NCBI GenBank assembly: GCA_963822965.1
Contig: CAWGJT010000010.1
Span: 288,001 to 352,000, forward strand
DNA: 64,000 bases
Reading direction: 5' to 3'
Source of the DNA: an uncultured delta proteobacterium
GTDB lineage: Bacteria > Myxococcota_A > UBA9160 > UBA4427
Shown here: positions 18,689 to 28,898 of the stretch, piece after piece
How positions within the stretch are numbered: the first letter of the stretch is position 1
Layout: every line of letters starts with the position of its first letter
Notes under the pieces: generated by a model
Told to the model about the DNA's origin: nothing
The model's database searches: none
The model's input: the letters and a program-made list of their open reading frames with translations, nothing else
Program-made: the position numbers and the translations under genes

Positions 18689-19995
18689 GGGCGCAGGGCT
18701 CCCTCGCCGTCCGCGAGCCCGTAGGCGCGGTGCAGCAGCCGGATCGGGTGGACCGCCTCGCGCCCCGTGCGCTGCTGGATGCGAAGCGCCGCCAGCGGAC
18801 AGTCCGTGGCCACCTGCTCGGGCTCGGCGCCTTCGATGCGGGTCACCAGCTTGTCCGCGACGCCCTGGGATTCCTCCCAGAATCGCGCCTGCATTCCCCA
18901 GGTCCCGTCGACGCCCGAGCACGCGTCGATCAGCTCCACGTCGGCCCCGGCGAGCTTGAGGAGCGCACGCGTGGGGAAGCCCACGTTCTGGGCACGCAGA
19001 TGGCAGGGCGCGTGGTAGGCCACCCGGCCGAGGGGGTGCGGGAACTCGCGGTCGAGCGTCTTCGCCTTGCCGAGGGCGAACAGGTACTCCATCAGGTCGC
19101 GGATCGCGCCCGCGACCCGCTCCGCCTCCGGCGTGCCGAGGAGCTTCGGGTACTCGTGCTTCATCAGCAGCGAGCAGGAAGGACCCGGGACCAGGATCTC
19201 GGCGCCCGATTCGACGTGGGGCAGCAGGGCGGCCACGTTGCGGGCGGCGTTGCGCCGCGCGCTCTCGAGGTCTCCGGTGTCGGTGAAGGGCATGCCGCAG
19301 CAACGGTCATAGGAGAGGTCCACCGCGACGCCGTTGTGCTCGAGCACCTCGACGGCCGCCCGGCCGGTCCCGGGATCGTTGTAGTTCACGCTGCAGGTGG
19401 GGAAGAGCACGGCCCGGCGCGTCGGCTCCGCCGGGCGCGGGGTTGGCGCGCGGCCCGCCCACCAGTCCTCGACGGTCTCGCCATGATACGTGGGCTGGAG
19501 CCAGTCCCGATGGATGCCGACGGTCTTCTCCATCATGACCCGGGAGAAGCGGTTCCGGTTGGCGCCGTTCATGAGCGCCGGGGCGGCGCGTCCGAGCTTG
19601 CCCAGCAGGTCGGTCCGGGTGGTGAGCTTGCGGGCGAGGGGGACACCGTCGCGCTTCGCGCGCACGAGCTGGTGGCGGCGCATCAGCTTCGGGAAATCGA
19701 CGTCCCACTCGTGGGGAGGCGCGTAGGGGCAGTGGTTGAAGCAGGCCACGCAGTGGAAGCACAGCTCGTTGACCGCGTCGAAGCCTTGCATGTCGACCCC
19801 CGCGATCTCGGCGTCGGTCGCGTCGACCAGCTCGAAGAGCTTGGGGAAGGAGGGGCACAGGGGCAGGCAGCGGCGACACTGGTGGCAGACGTCGCCCACC
19901 CGGCGCAGCTCCGTCTCGAGACGCGTCTCGTTCCAGTAGTCCGGATCGTCGTAGTCCCACGCGGCGGTGGGCGTCTCGGGCGGCGGAACCTGCAT
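18685..19995 (-). CDS. Rubrerythrin-associated Fe-S oxidoreductase (GlpC/HdrD-like, CCG domains)
   Basis: [46 protein letters not shown]. Confidence 0.88.
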   Translation of the reverse strand: MQVPPPETPTAAWDYDDPDYWNETRLETELRRVGDVCHQCRRCLPLCPSFPKLFELVDATDAEIAGVDMQGFDAVNELCFHCVACFNHCPYAPPHEWDVDFPKLMRRHQLVRAKRDGVPLARKLTTRTDLLGKLGRAAPALMNGANRNRFSRVMMEKTVGIHRDWLQPTYHGETVEDWWAGRAPTPRPAEPTRRAVLFPTCSVNYNDPGTGRAAVEVLEHNGVAVDLSYDRCCGMPFTDTGDLESARRNAARNVAALLPHVESGAEILVPGPSCSLLMKHEYPKLLGTPEAERVAGAIRDLMEYLFALGKAKTLDREFPHPLGRVAYHAPCHLRAQNVGFPTRALLKLAGADVELIDACSGVDGTWGMQARFWEESQGVADKLVTRIEGAEPEQVATDCPLAALRIQQRTGREAVHPIRLLHRAYGLADGEGALRP

Positions 19996-20017
19996 GCGTG
20001 GCGTTCCCCCAGAGTGC

Positions 20018-20052
20018 GAGATGGGTGGCGGGCAGAGCCCGCCACCCATCTC
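20018..20052. terminator. 16-bp perfect stem-loop between rubrerythrin and the Fe-S oxidoreductase
   Basis: GAGATGGGTGGCGGGC-AGA-GCCCGCCACCCATCTC; no U-tract, so it may be an mRNA-stabilising hairpin rather than a terminator. Confidence 0.5.
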
Positions 20053-20071
20053 GGATCCGATCGCGAGGCTG

Positions 20072-20497
20072 CTAGAGCTCTTCGAGATTGTCCTTCGCGT
20101 TCTGGAAGCGGCCCGCGTGGGACTTCTCGGCCTTCGCCAGCGTCTCGAACCAGTCGGCGACGTCGTCGAACTTCTCTTCCCGGGCGGTCTTGGCCATTCC
20201 CGGGTACATCTCCGTGTACTCGTAGGTCTCGCCCGCGACGGCGGCGTCGAGATTCTTCGACGTGTCCCCGATCGGCTTGCCGGTGGCGGGATCGCCCGCC
20301 GCCTTGAGGAAGTCGAGGTGCCCGTGGGCGTGCCCTGTCTCGGCCTCGGCGGTGTCGCGGAAGAGTCCGCCGACGTCGGGATAGCCTTCGATGTCCGCCT
20401 GCTTGGCGAAGTAGAGGTAGCGGCGATTCGCCTGGGACTCGCCGGCGAACGCTGCCTTGAGATTCTCGTGCGTCTTGCTGCCCTTGAGGTTGGCCAT
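20072..20497 (-). CDS. Rubrerythrin (short type, no rubredoxin domain)
   Basis: [35 protein letters not shown] di-iron ligands. Confidence 0.93.
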   Translation of the reverse strand: MANLKGSKTHENLKAAFAGESQANRRYLYFAKQADIEGYPDVGGLFRDTAEAETGHAHGHLDFLKAAGDPATGKPIGDTSKNLDAAVAGETYEYTEMYPGMAKTAREEKFDDVADWFETLAKAEKSHAGRFQNAKDNLEEL

Positions 20498-20689
20498 GGT
20501 CCCCTCTTTTCCTTCCCATTCCTTCGGTTCGACTTCGTTCGGTTCTTCTTCCGAAAAAAGCTCGTTTCGGTATCGATGTGCGGCGAGCCGCTGACTCGAC
20601 GCGTCCCGTCCGCCTCGCGGGGGGATCGGAAACGAGGCCGGAAGGTAGCTCGCCTGCGGGCCGGGTGGCACCTGCGAAAAGCACTCGGG

Positions 20690-21916
20690 TCAGCCCCGTG
20701 AGGCGCGGTCGAGGGCCTCGATCCGCGCGGCGTCGTATCCGAGCTCCTCGAGGATCTCGCGGTTGTGCGCACCCAGCGCCGGCGCCGGGCCGCGCACCCG
20801 CGTGGGGGTGCGGGAGAGCTTCGCGGCGGGGCCGACGACGGGCACCTCGCCCTCCGCGCCGTGTGTGGGCTGCAGCATGTCGCGCGCGCGTACGTGGGGA
20901 CAGGCGGCCGCCTCCGCATAGCTCCGCACCGGCGCCGCGGGGATTCCCTCGCGCGCGAAGCGTTCGACCAGCTCGCCGACGCTGTGCTGTGCGGCCCAAT
21001 CCGCGAGGAGGGTGTTCACCTCGGCCCGCCGGGCGATGCGCGCCGGCGCCGTCGCGTAGTCCGGATGGTCGGCCAGCTCGGGCCGTCCGATCAGCACGGC
21101 CAGGCGCTTCCAGTGCGAGTCGAGCAGCACGCCGGCCATCACGCGACCGTCGCGACAGCCGTAGGTGCGGGCCGGGGCGGCGATGCGGAACTCGTTGCCC
21201 AGCCGGGGCAGCTCGACCCCCATGGCGCCCAGGGTGAGATAGCCCGTGGACTGGAAGAGCATCGCGTCGAGCAGGGCCACGTCGACGTGCTGTCCCTCGC
21301 CCGTCCGGTCCCGGTGTCGGAGGGCCGCCAGCGTGGCGAGTGCTGCGTGCAGGCCCGCGAGGTCGTCGGCCAGAAAGGTCGGTGCTTTCACGGGCTCGCC
21401 GTCGGGGTCGCCGTTGAGCGAGAGGAACCCGCCGGCCGCCTGGGCGAGCGGGTCGTAGCCCACCTTCTCGCTGTCCGGCCCGAACTGCCCGTACCCGCTG
21501 ATGGACACGTAGACGAGATCGGGCTTCCGCGCCTTCAGGTGCCGGTAGCCGAGCCCCCATCCGTCCAGGGTGCCCGGACGGAAGTTCTCGACGAACACGT
21601 CGCTGCGCGCCACCAGATCTCGAACCGCCTCGCGCGCCGCCTCGTCGTGCAGGTCGAGCCGCAGGCTTCGCTTGTTGCGGTTCACGGTGGCGTGCATGAA
21701 CGACAGGGGCGGATCGGTGCCGGGCAGGGCAGGGGGCGAGCGGCGGGCGATCTCGCCGCCCGGCGACTCGACCTTGACGACGTCGGCGCCGAAGTCCGCC
21801 AGGATGCAGCCGCACATGGGGCCGGCCCACGTGGTGGTGGCCTCGACGACGCGGAGTCCCGCGAGCGGTCCCGTCAGGTCGCGGCGCGCGTCGCGGTAGA
21901 ACTCGCTCTTCTCCAC
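20690..21916 (-). CDS. CaiB/BaiF family III CoA-transferase
   Basis: [63 protein letters not shown] before GTG. Confidence 0.92.
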   Translation of the reverse strand: MEKSEFYRDARRDLTGPLAGLRVVEATTTWAGPMCGCILADFGADVVKVESPGGEIARRSPPALPGTDPPLSFMHATVNRNKRSLRLDLHDEAAREAVRDLVARSDVFVENFRPGTLDGWGLGYRHLKARKPDLVYVSISGYGQFGPDSEKVGYDPLAQAAGGFLSLNGDPDGEPVKAPTFLADDLAGLHAALATLAALRHRDRTGEGQHVDVALLDAMLFQSTGYLTLGAMGVELPRLGNEFRIAAPARTYGCRDGRVMAGVLLDSHWKRLAVLIGRPELADHPDYATAPARIARRAEVNTLLADWAAQHSVGELVERFAREGIPAAPVRSYAEAAACPHVRARDMLQPTHGAEGEVPVVGPAAKLSRTPTRVRGPAPALGAHNREILEELGYDAARIEALDRASRG

Positions 21917-22082
21917 GTGCTCCTCCCGGGCTCCGGGCCGCGGCGGCGGGCCGTCGGGCCGCCGGGATGGTAAACCTATCGGCCGTCGATCAGAACGCGC
22001 CCCGATCTCGTCGGCCGCCGGACGCGATCCGCGGCTGCAAGATCCCGCCGTCGGACCGTCCAGATCATAGAAGGAGCCCGCA

Positions 22083-22523
22083 TTGGACCTCGCTTCCCTG
22101 CTGACCGGATCCTCTCCCGCCCTGGCCGATCTCGGCCTGCTGCTCCTGCGCGTCTTCATCGGGGTCTGCTTCGTGACCCACGCGTGCGGCAAGCTCGGGC
22201 TGGTGGGGACGGGCAACATGGCCGGCTTCGCGGCCTGGCTTGCCGACCTGGGCGTCCCGTTCGCGACCCTCCAGGCCTGGGTGGCCATGTCTTCGGAGCT
22301 GGTCGGAGGCAGCCTGCTGACGCTGGGCCTGCTCACCCGGCCGGCGGCGCTGCTGCTGGTGGCTACGATGATCGTCGCGGGCAAGATCGGGCATCGTGGC
22401 GCCGGCTATCTCATCACGAACGATCCGCCGGGTGCCGAGTACACGATCAACCTCGCCGTGGTGTGCGCGGTGATCGCTCTCTTCGGTCCCGGGGGCTACT
22501 CGCTGGACGCGCTGGTGTTCTGA
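22083..22523 (+). CDS. DoxX-family membrane protein
   Basis: LLLRVFIG...H..GKL, ELVGG.LL.LGLLTR, GPGGYSLD; AAGGAG RBS. Confidence 0.88.
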   Translation: MDLASLLTGSSPALADLGLLLLRVFIGVCFVTHACGKLGLVGTGNMAGFAAWLADLGVPFATLQAWVAMSSELVGGSLLTLGLLTRPAALLLVATMIVAGKIGHRGAGYLITNDPPGAEYTINLAVVCAVIALFGPGGYSLDALVF

Positions 22524-23332
22524 CCGCGCGTCGGACCGAAGCCGCGGGCCAGGGCCCGGGCGGCGGCCTGGCGCAGGGCGGGATCCCGGGCGTCGTGCGC
22601 GCTCTGCTCGAGCAGCGCCCGCACGACCGGCGTCTCCGCAGTCCCCCGCGAAGCCAGCTCGCCCAGGGCGAGCGCCGCCAGCCGGCGCGCGGCGGCATCC
22701 GCGTCGTCCCGCAGGACCGCCACGAGCCGCTCGGTCACGGCCGGCGGCGCGTCGCGCAGGGCGACCAGGGAGCCCAGCGCGGCCCGTCGTACCTCGCGGT
22801 CGGCGTCGCCGGTGGCCTCGAGCAGCGCCTGGGCGATGGCCTCGTCCTGGCCGGCCAGCTCCCGCAGGCAGAAGACGGCCATGCGGCGGACGACGGCGGC
22901 ATCCGCGCCGCGCGCGAGGCCGAGGGCGACGTGCAGGCCTTCGCCGCTCTGGCGGGCCAGGTCTACCAGCATGCGCGCCGCCGCCCAGCGCGTGTCCGGG
23001 TCGCCGGAGCCGAGGGCCTCGACCGTGGCGGGCAGCAGGCCGGTGTCGGGCGGGCCCAGGCGGGCCCGGGTGTAGGCCGCTCCCCAGCGGCCGCGCGGGT
23101 CGTCTCCGCGCAGCAGGCGGCGCAGCAGGTCGTCCACCTCCGGATGCCGCGGGGCCAGGGTCGCGAGCGCGTCCGACGCGGCCCGGGCGACGGCGCGCAC
23201 CGGGTCGCACAGGGCGCGGCCCAAGCCGTCCAGCAGCAACACCGCGGCCGGATCGTCCGCGACCTCCCGGCAGGCCGTGACGCGCACCGCAGGGTCGCGG
23301 TCCTGCAGGCGCGCGAGGAGGGGGTGGCTCAA
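22496..23332 (-). CDS. HEAT-repeat protein
   Basis: Repeated DPAVR / DPDTRWAAA / DREVRRAAL units; TTG start overlaps the upstream stop. Confidence 0.75.
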   Translation of the reverse strand: MSHPLLARLQDRDPAVRVTACREVADDPAAVLLLDGLGRALCDPVRAVARAASDALATLAPRHPEVDDLLRRLLRGDDPRGRWGAAYTRARLGPPDTGLLPATVEALGSGDPDTRWAAARMLVDLARQSGEGLHVALGLARGADAAVVRRMAVFCLRELAGQDEAIAQALLEATGDADREVRRAALGSLVALRDAPPAVTERLVAVLRDDADAAARRLAALALGELASRGTAETPVVRALLEQSAHDARDPALRQAAARALARGFGPTRGQNTSASSE

Positions 23333-24249
23333 TCCCGCCGCTGCCAGCGCGCCGCAGTCGGGTCGCCATCGGCGTCGCCGGTCCGTTCCACCCGCCCCTC
23401 GCGTTCGAGCTTCAGCAGGTGGGAGGTGACCGACTGTCCGGCGGCGGCGTGGAGCGCCTGGGGGTAGGCGGCGTAGACGATCGCGACGATCGCCGGAACC
23501 CGCTCCGCCCCCGAGCGCATGGCGGCCAGGATCTGCTGGTCCCGGGCGCGCCGATGATCGATGTACTCCTGGATCTTCGCGCGGCCGTCCTCGATGCAGG
23601 GACCGTGGGCGGGGTAGATGCGTCCCGGACGTTCGGCAAGGAGTCGCTCGAGGGAATCCATGTACTGCGCGAGGTCGCCGGACTGGGCGGGGATGATGGT
23701 CGTCCCCACGCCGAGCACGTTGTCTCCCGAGACGAGGCTTCCCTCCTCCTCGATCACGAAGCACAGGTGGTCCGGCGCGTGGCCCGGCGTGTGGATGGCG
23801 CGGAGGGTCGCGCCCTCGGTCTCGACGACGTCGCCGTCTCCGATTGGCGTGATCGCGAAGCCATAGCGCCCATCGAGCTCGGGCCAGGGCCGCTTCTTGA
23901 CCTCGAGGGCGCCGAAGCGCCGCATCACCTGCTCGCAGCCGCCGATGTGGTCGCCGTGGGCGTGGGTGAGGACGATCTCCTGGAGACCCTCGCAGCCGGT
24001 GAGATCCATGGCCTGCTCGAGGAACGGCAGGTACTCGTCGAGCCCCTGGCCGGTGTCGAGGAGGATGCGCCGGCGCCCGGTTCCGACCAGGTAGGTGTTC
24101 GTGCCGGGTCCCGTGAACGCGCTGGGGTTCTGTCCGAGCGCGACGGTGACCCGCTCGGACCAGACGGCGACGTCGGGCAGGGTCATGCCGAGCATGACGG
24201 GCGGCTTGTCGTCCCGTGCGGTCGTCGGCTCGTCGTCGTGTGCGGTCAT
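23329..24249 (-). CDS. Metallo-beta-lactamase-fold hydrolase (LACTB2-like)
   Basis: NPSAFTGPGTNTYL, THAHGDH, TPGHAPDH, SGD, PAHGP; winged-helix C-terminus. Confidence 0.9.
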   Translation of the reverse strand: MTAHDDEPTTARDDKPPVMLGMTLPDVAVWSERVTVALGQNPSAFTGPGTNTYLVGTGRRRILLDTGQGLDEYLPFLEQAMDLTGCEGLQEIVLTHAHGDHIGGCEQVMRRFGALEVKKRPWPELDGRYGFAITPIGDGDVVETEGATLRAIHTPGHAPDHLCFVIEEEGSLVSGDNVLGVGTTIIPAQSGDLAQYMDSLERLLAERPGRIYPAHGPCIEDGRAKIQEYIDHRRARDQQILAAMRSGAERVPAIVAIVYAAYPQALHAAAGQSVTSHLLKLEREGRVERTGDADGDPTAARWQRRD

Positions 24250-24263
24250 GGGGGCACGTCCGG

Positions 24264-25631
24264 CTACTCGCCGGCCACGGTCATGCGTTCGATGCGCAGG
24301 GCCGGGGAAGCCATGCTGCCGAGCCAGAGCAGCTCGCTGCCCACACGGTCGATGCCGCGCATCATGTCCTTGAAGTTCGCCGCGATGGTGATCTCCTCCA
24401 CCGGGTGGGCGATCTCGCCGTTCTCGATCCAGAGCCCGGCGGCGCCCCGGGAGTAGTCTCCCGTCACGGGATTGAAGCCCATGCCCATGAGCTCGGTGAC
24501 GAGCAGGCCGCGCTTCGTGTCGGCGATGATCTCGTCGGTGGTCAGCTCGCCCGGCTCGATCCACAGGTTCGTGGCGCCCACCCCCGGCGCGCTGCCGATG
24601 CCGCGGCTGGCGTTGCCCGTCGACGCCATGCCGAGCTTGCGGGCCGAGTAGGTGTCGAGGAGCCAGGTCTCGAGCCGACCGTTCTCGATTACGGACTTGC
24701 GCCGGGTGGGCAGGCCCTCTCCGTCGAACGGCTTGCTGCCGAGGCCTCCCGGCACCCGCCCGTCGTCGATGACGGTGACCAGATCGCTCGCCACCATCTC
24801 GCCCAGGAGGTCGGCCCAGCAGCTCTGGTGGCGATAGACCGCGTAGCCGCTGACGAGGCTCGCCGCCTGGCCGAGCAGGCCGCGGGCGGTGAGCGCGTCG
24901 AAGAGCACGGGGACTTCGCAGGTCTTGACCGGCCGGGCCCCCAGCTTGCGGATCGCCCGCGCCGCGGCCTTGCGGCCCACCGAGGCCGGGTCCTCGAGGC
25001 CGTCCAGACGCCGGCTCACGGTCATCCAGTAATCGCGCTGCTTGGAGCCGCCCGCCTCGGCGAGGGGCTCGGCGTAGAGCCCGTGGTTCGCCGAGGGATA
25101 GCCGCCGAGGAAGCCCGCCGTGTTGCCGTAGACGACGTCGTTGAAGTCCGAGCTCGCCTGGCTGCCCTCGGAATTCGTGATGCGCGGGTCGAAGTCCCGG
25201 GCCGCTTGCTCGGCCGTGCGCGCGTCCTCGATCCGCGCCTCGATGGACACCCCGCGATCGTCGGGGTTGGACAGCGCGAGATCCGGCAGGTCCTCCGCGA
25301 AGCCGCCGTCCGGCAGGCCGGCGGCGGGGTCGGGCGCCGTGGCCCGGGCCAGGGCGATCGTCTCGTCCACCATCTTCTCCACCGAAGCCGGATCCAGATC
25401 GCTGGTCGAGGTGGTGGCCGTGCGGGTGCCCTGGGCGTCCCGCACCAGCGCGCGGATTCCGAGCGCCCGCTCCCGCGCCTGCTTGACGAAGTCGATCTCG
25501 TCGCCCCGCACCCGGACCTCGTGCGAGTCGGACTCCACCAGCAGGACGTCTCCTGCGGCGCCGCCCTCGCGCAGGCGGGCCAGGGCCCGGGAGACGGTCT
25601 CGCGCAGGGGCTCCTTCGCCGGGACGCTCAT
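24264..25631 (-). CDS. pmbA: PmbA/TldE metalloprotease subunit
   Basis: PFDGEGLP, STGNASR, TGDYSRGAAG, EITIAAN; directly follows tldD. Confidence 0.92.
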   Translation of the reverse strand: MSVPAKEPLRETVSRALARLREGGAAGDVLLVESDSHEVRVRGDEIDFVKQARERALGIRALVRDAQGTRTATTSTSDLDPASVEKMVDETIALARATAPDPAAGLPDGGFAEDLPDLALSNPDDRGVSIEARIEDARTAEQAARDFDPRITNSEGSQASSDFNDVVYGNTAGFLGGYPSANHGLYAEPLAEAGGSKQRDYWMTVSRRLDGLEDPASVGRKAAARAIRKLGARPVKTCEVPVLFDALTARGLLGQAASLVSGYAVYRHQSCWADLLGEMVASDLVTVIDDGRVPGGLGSKPFDGEGLPTRRKSVIENGRLETWLLDTYSARKLGMASTGNASRGIGSAPGVGATNLWIEPGELTTDEIIADTKRGLLVTELMGMGFNPVTGDYSRGAAGLWIENGEIAHPVEEITIAANFKDMMRGIDRVGSELLWLGSMASPALRIERMTVAGE

Positions 25632-27112
25632 CCCTGGGTGCCTCCCACGGTGAGGCCGTCGATCCGGATGGTGGGCATGCCCACGCCCACCGGAACGCCC
25701 TGACCGTCCTTGCCGCAGGTGCCCACCCCGTGGTCGAGCGCGAGATCGCTGCCGATCCGGCTCACCCGCTGCATCGCGTCGGGACCGTTGCCGATCAGGG
25801 TGGCGCCCTTCACGGGCGCCCCGATGCGGCCGTTCTCGATCCGGTAGGCCTCGTTGGCGCTGAAGACGAACTTCCCGCTGGTGATGTCCACCTGCCCGCC
25901 GCCGAAGGAGACCGCGTAGAGGCCCCGCGAGACGGACTTCACGATCTCCTCCGGGTCGTCCGTGCCGGCCAGCATGAAGGTGTTGGTCATGCGCGGCATC
26001 GGCAGGTGCGCGTAGCTCTCTCGACGGCCGTTGCCCGTGGGCGCCATGCCCATCAGGCGGGCGTTGAGGCGGTCCTGCATGTAGCCGACGAGGATGCCGT
26101 CCTCGATGAGGGTGGTGCGGCTGCTGGGCGTTCCCTCGTCGTCCACGTTCAGCGAGCCGCGTCGCTCCGCGAGGGTGCCGTCGTCGACGACGGTCACGCC
26201 GGGCGAGGCCACGCGCTGCCCGATGCGGTCCGAGAAGGCCGACGTCTTCTTGCGGTTGAAGTCGCCCTCCAGTCCGTGGCCCACCGCCTCGTGCAGCAGG
26301 ATTCCCGGCCAGCCGGGACCGAGCACCACGTCCATGGTTCCGGCCGGGCAGTCCTGGGCCTCGAGGTTCAGGGTGCCCTGGCGCACGGCCTCGTCCACCA
26401 ACGGTCTCCACGCCTCGGGTGTCAGCAGGCGCTCGAGCTCGTAGCGCCCGCCCATGCCCTGATAGCCGACCTCCATGCGCTTCCCGTCGGAGACGATCAC
26501 CTGCACGTTGAGCCGCACCAGGGGCCGCACGTCCCCGGCGAGACCGCCGTGGCTGTCGGCGACGAGCACGTAGCGGTGCTGGCAGACGACGCTGGCCATC
26601 ACCTCCTGGACGCGCGGGTCGAGGCCCCGGGCGTAGACGTCGATCTCACCGAGCAGATCGATCTTGCGGGCTACCGCCACCTCGGTGGGGGGGTGGGCGA
26701 CGGGATAGAGGTCGCGTCCGACGCGGCCCGCGTGAACCGGAACGCTCTGGGGATCGCGATTCTGGTCCGAGATGGCCCGGGCGGTGGCCGCTGCCAGCCG
26801 GACGCTCTCCACCGTGATCTCGTCCGAGTGCGCGTAGCCCTGCCGCTCGCCGCGCTGGGCGCGTACGCCGACGCCCTGGTCGATGTGGCGGCTGCCGCTC
26901 TTCACGATGCCCTCCTCGAGGGCCACCGAGTCGAGGGTGCTGTACTCGAAGAAGAGATCCGCGTACTCGACCTGTCGCTCGAGGGCGGTCCCGAGGGCCA
27001 GGGAGAGCGCGTGCTCGTCGAGGCCGAAGCGTTCTTCGAAGAAGTCCACGGCACCGCGGCCGGCGGGGGCGGGTGCCGGGGCGAGGGTGGCGTCGGGCGG
27101 GGTGCGGGTCAT
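25628..27112 (-). CDS. tldD: TldD metalloprotease
   Basis: GILLHEAVGHGLEGDFNRK, DDEG, PRMTNT, CGKDGQGVPVG. Confidence 0.95.
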   Translation of the reverse strand: MTRTPPDATLAPAPAPAGRGAVDFFEERFGLDEHALSLALGTALERQVEYADLFFEYSTLDSVALEEGIVKSGSRHIDQGVGVRAQRGERQGYAHSDEITVESVRLAAATARAISDQNRDPQSVPVHAGRVGRDLYPVAHPPTEVAVARKIDLLGEIDVYARGLDPRVQEVMASVVCQHRYVLVADSHGGLAGDVRPLVRLNVQVIVSDGKRMEVGYQGMGGRYELERLLTPEAWRPLVDEAVRQGTLNLEAQDCPAGTMDVVLGPGWPGILLHEAVGHGLEGDFNRKKTSAFSDRIGQRVASPGVTVVDDGTLAERRGSLNVDDEGTPSSRTTLIEDGILVGYMQDRLNARLMGMAPTGNGRRESYAHLPMPRMTNTFMLAGTDDPEEIVKSVSRGLYAVSFGGGQVDITSGKFVFSANEAYRIENGRIGAPVKGATLIGNGPDAMQRVSRIGSDLALDHGVGTCGKDGQGVPVGVGMPTIRIDGLTVGGTQG

Positions 27113-27198
27113 CGCGGCTCCATCGGCAAGGGATCGGGCTCCTTTGGATGCTCGGCAGGGTGGCTTCGGTGCGGGCGCTTCCGTGCGCCACTCGCTCG

Positions 27199-27252
27199 CG
27201 AATCCGCAGGATTCGTTCGCGGCGCAAGCCGACCCATCCCGGGTCGGCCTGC
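27199..27252. repeat. Dispersed REP-like double-hairpin element, copy 2
   Basis: cgaatccgcaggattcgt...gccgacccatcccgggtcggcctgc, matching 3136-3192. Confidence 0.75.
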
Positions 27253-27932
27253 TAGACCTTAGCGAGACGCGCCGGCAGCTCGGCGAAGTCCGACAGCTCG
27301 CGGACGTCGAGGAAGGCCATGCCGGCGCGCGCCGCGCCGGGACGGTCTCGTTCGGGGTCGTCGCCCACGTAGATCGCCCCGGTCCCGGGCACCCCGAGCG
27401 CCGCCAGGGCGGCCTCGAAGCCGCGCGGGTCGGGCTTCGCGGCGCCCAGCTCTCCGGTCAGGATTACGACCTCGAAAAAGCTCCTGATTTCGAGGCATTC
27501 GAGGATCCGGCTCAGGCGATGGTCGAAGTCGGAGACCACCCCCAGGCGAAGGTCCCCTGCGGCCAGCGCGGCGAGCGTCGGCCGGACGCCGGGCCGCAGC
27601 CGCCAGGTGCGCGCCGTCGCGTAGACCTCGAAGAGCTCGTCGAAGAGGCCGTCGAAGTCGTCGAACGCGACGGTCTGGTCCGCGGCGCGGAACGTGGCCC
27701 GCACGACGCTGCGCCACCAGGCGCGCTCGTGCGCGGGGACGTCCCGGGTCGGGGCGCCGGGAAATACCCGGGGCGCCTGCTGCGCCAGGATCCGCCGGAA
27801 GGCGTCCCCGATCCGCCAGGCGGGCAGCCGGACGCCGTGCGCCGCGGCGACCCGCGCATAGGTGTCGCCCACGGGCTCCACGAGCTCGATGAGGGTGCCC
27901 GTGGCGTCGAAGAGCACGGCCTGCCTGGGCAC
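27252..27932 (-). CDS. HAD-IA family hydrolase (REG-2/HDHD3-like)
   Basis: LFDATGTL, KPDPRGF, YVGDDPERD. Confidence 0.88.
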   Translation of the reverse strand: MPRQAVLFDATGTLIELVEPVGDTYARVAAAHGVRLPAWRIGDAFRRILAQQAPRVFPGAPTRDVPAHERAWWRSVVRATFRAADQTVAFDDFDGLFDELFEVYATARTWRLRPGVRPTLAALAAGDLRLGVVSDFDHRLSRILECLEIRSFFEVVILTGELGAAKPDPRGFEAALAALGVPGTGAIYVGDDPERDRPGAARAGMAFLDVRELSDFAELPARLAKV

Positions 27933-27935
27933 GCT

Positions 27936-28898
27936 TCAGGCGGGACGACGAGCCGAGGCGATGAACGTGTCGGGCAGGTCCCTGCTGCGCGGCGCCGAGT
28001 CCTCGACCTCGATGCGGGGGTCGCCGAGACCGGCCTGCTGGAACCAGTCCCGGACCGTCTCCTCGGGAAAGCCCAGCCAGACCACCCGAAGCTCCTGTCG
28101 CATCCACTCGTGCTCGTGCTGCAGGAAGTCCACGACCACCACCGAGCCGCCGGGCTTCACGATGCGCGCCATCTCGCGCAGGGCCTCGGCGGGGGAGGGC
28201 AGGTAGTGGAGCACCATGTGGGCGAAGGCGGCGTCCACGTCGCCGTCTGCGATGGGGAGCCGATGGGCTTCGCCCCGGCGCAGCTCGATGCCGGCGAGCC
28301 CCGCCTCCTCGAACTTCACCCGGGCCGCGTCGAGCATGCGCGAGGAGTTGTCGATGCCGATCACGCGCAGCCCGAGGCGGGCCAGCTCCGTGGCGAGGAT
28401 GCCCGTTCCGGTGCCGATGTCCGCCACCCGGAGATCGGGCGGGATCATGCGGTTGACGGCCCGCGCGCGCAGCACGTCGTCGTGGAAGACCTTGCGCAGG
28501 GCGTCCCACTCCGGTCCCACCGCGTCGAAGAAGCTGCGCGACCGCTCGCCGCGCGCCTCCAGGGTGCGCTCGAGGGCGGCGAGGTCGCGCTGGGCGGTGG
28601 GGTCGTTCTCCAGCCGCTGGCGCACGAGCATCCAGGCGTCGTGCCAGGCGCCGGCGTCCGGGGGCACGAAGCGGTAGGCGACGTAGGTCCCGTCCCGGCG
28701 GTCCGCCAGCAGCCCGGCCTCGCGCAGGATCGCCAGGTGACGCGACACCCGGGACTGGGCCATCCCGAGGACAGCCATCAGCTCCTGGACCACCAGCTCC
28801 TCGCGCTCGAGCAGGCTCAGGATGCGCATGCGCGTGGGATCGGAGAGGGTCTTGAAGACCCGCTGGAGCTCGTCGGCGGCGGTTTGGTGGCCGGCCAT
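27936..28898 (-). CDS. ArsR-family HTH fused to a SAM-dependent methyltransferase
   Basis: DPTRMRIL...QSRVSRHLAIL HTH; VADIGTGTG; HMVLHY; KPGG. Confidence 0.9.
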   Translation of the reverse strand: MAGHQTAADELQRVFKTLSDPTRMRILSLLEREELVVQELMAVLGMAQSRVSRHLAILREAGLLADRRDGTYVAYRFVPPDAGAWHDAWMLVRQRLENDPTAQRDLAALERTLEARGERSRSFFDAVGPEWDALRKVFHDDVLRARAVNRMIPPDLRVADIGTGTGILATELARLGLRVIGIDNSSRMLDAARVKFEEAGLAGIELRRGEAHRLPIADGDVDAAFAHMVLHYLPSPAEALREMARIVKPGGSVVVVDFLQHEHEWMRQELRVVWLGFPEETVRDWFQQAGLGDPRIEVEDSAPRSRDLPDTFIASARRPA

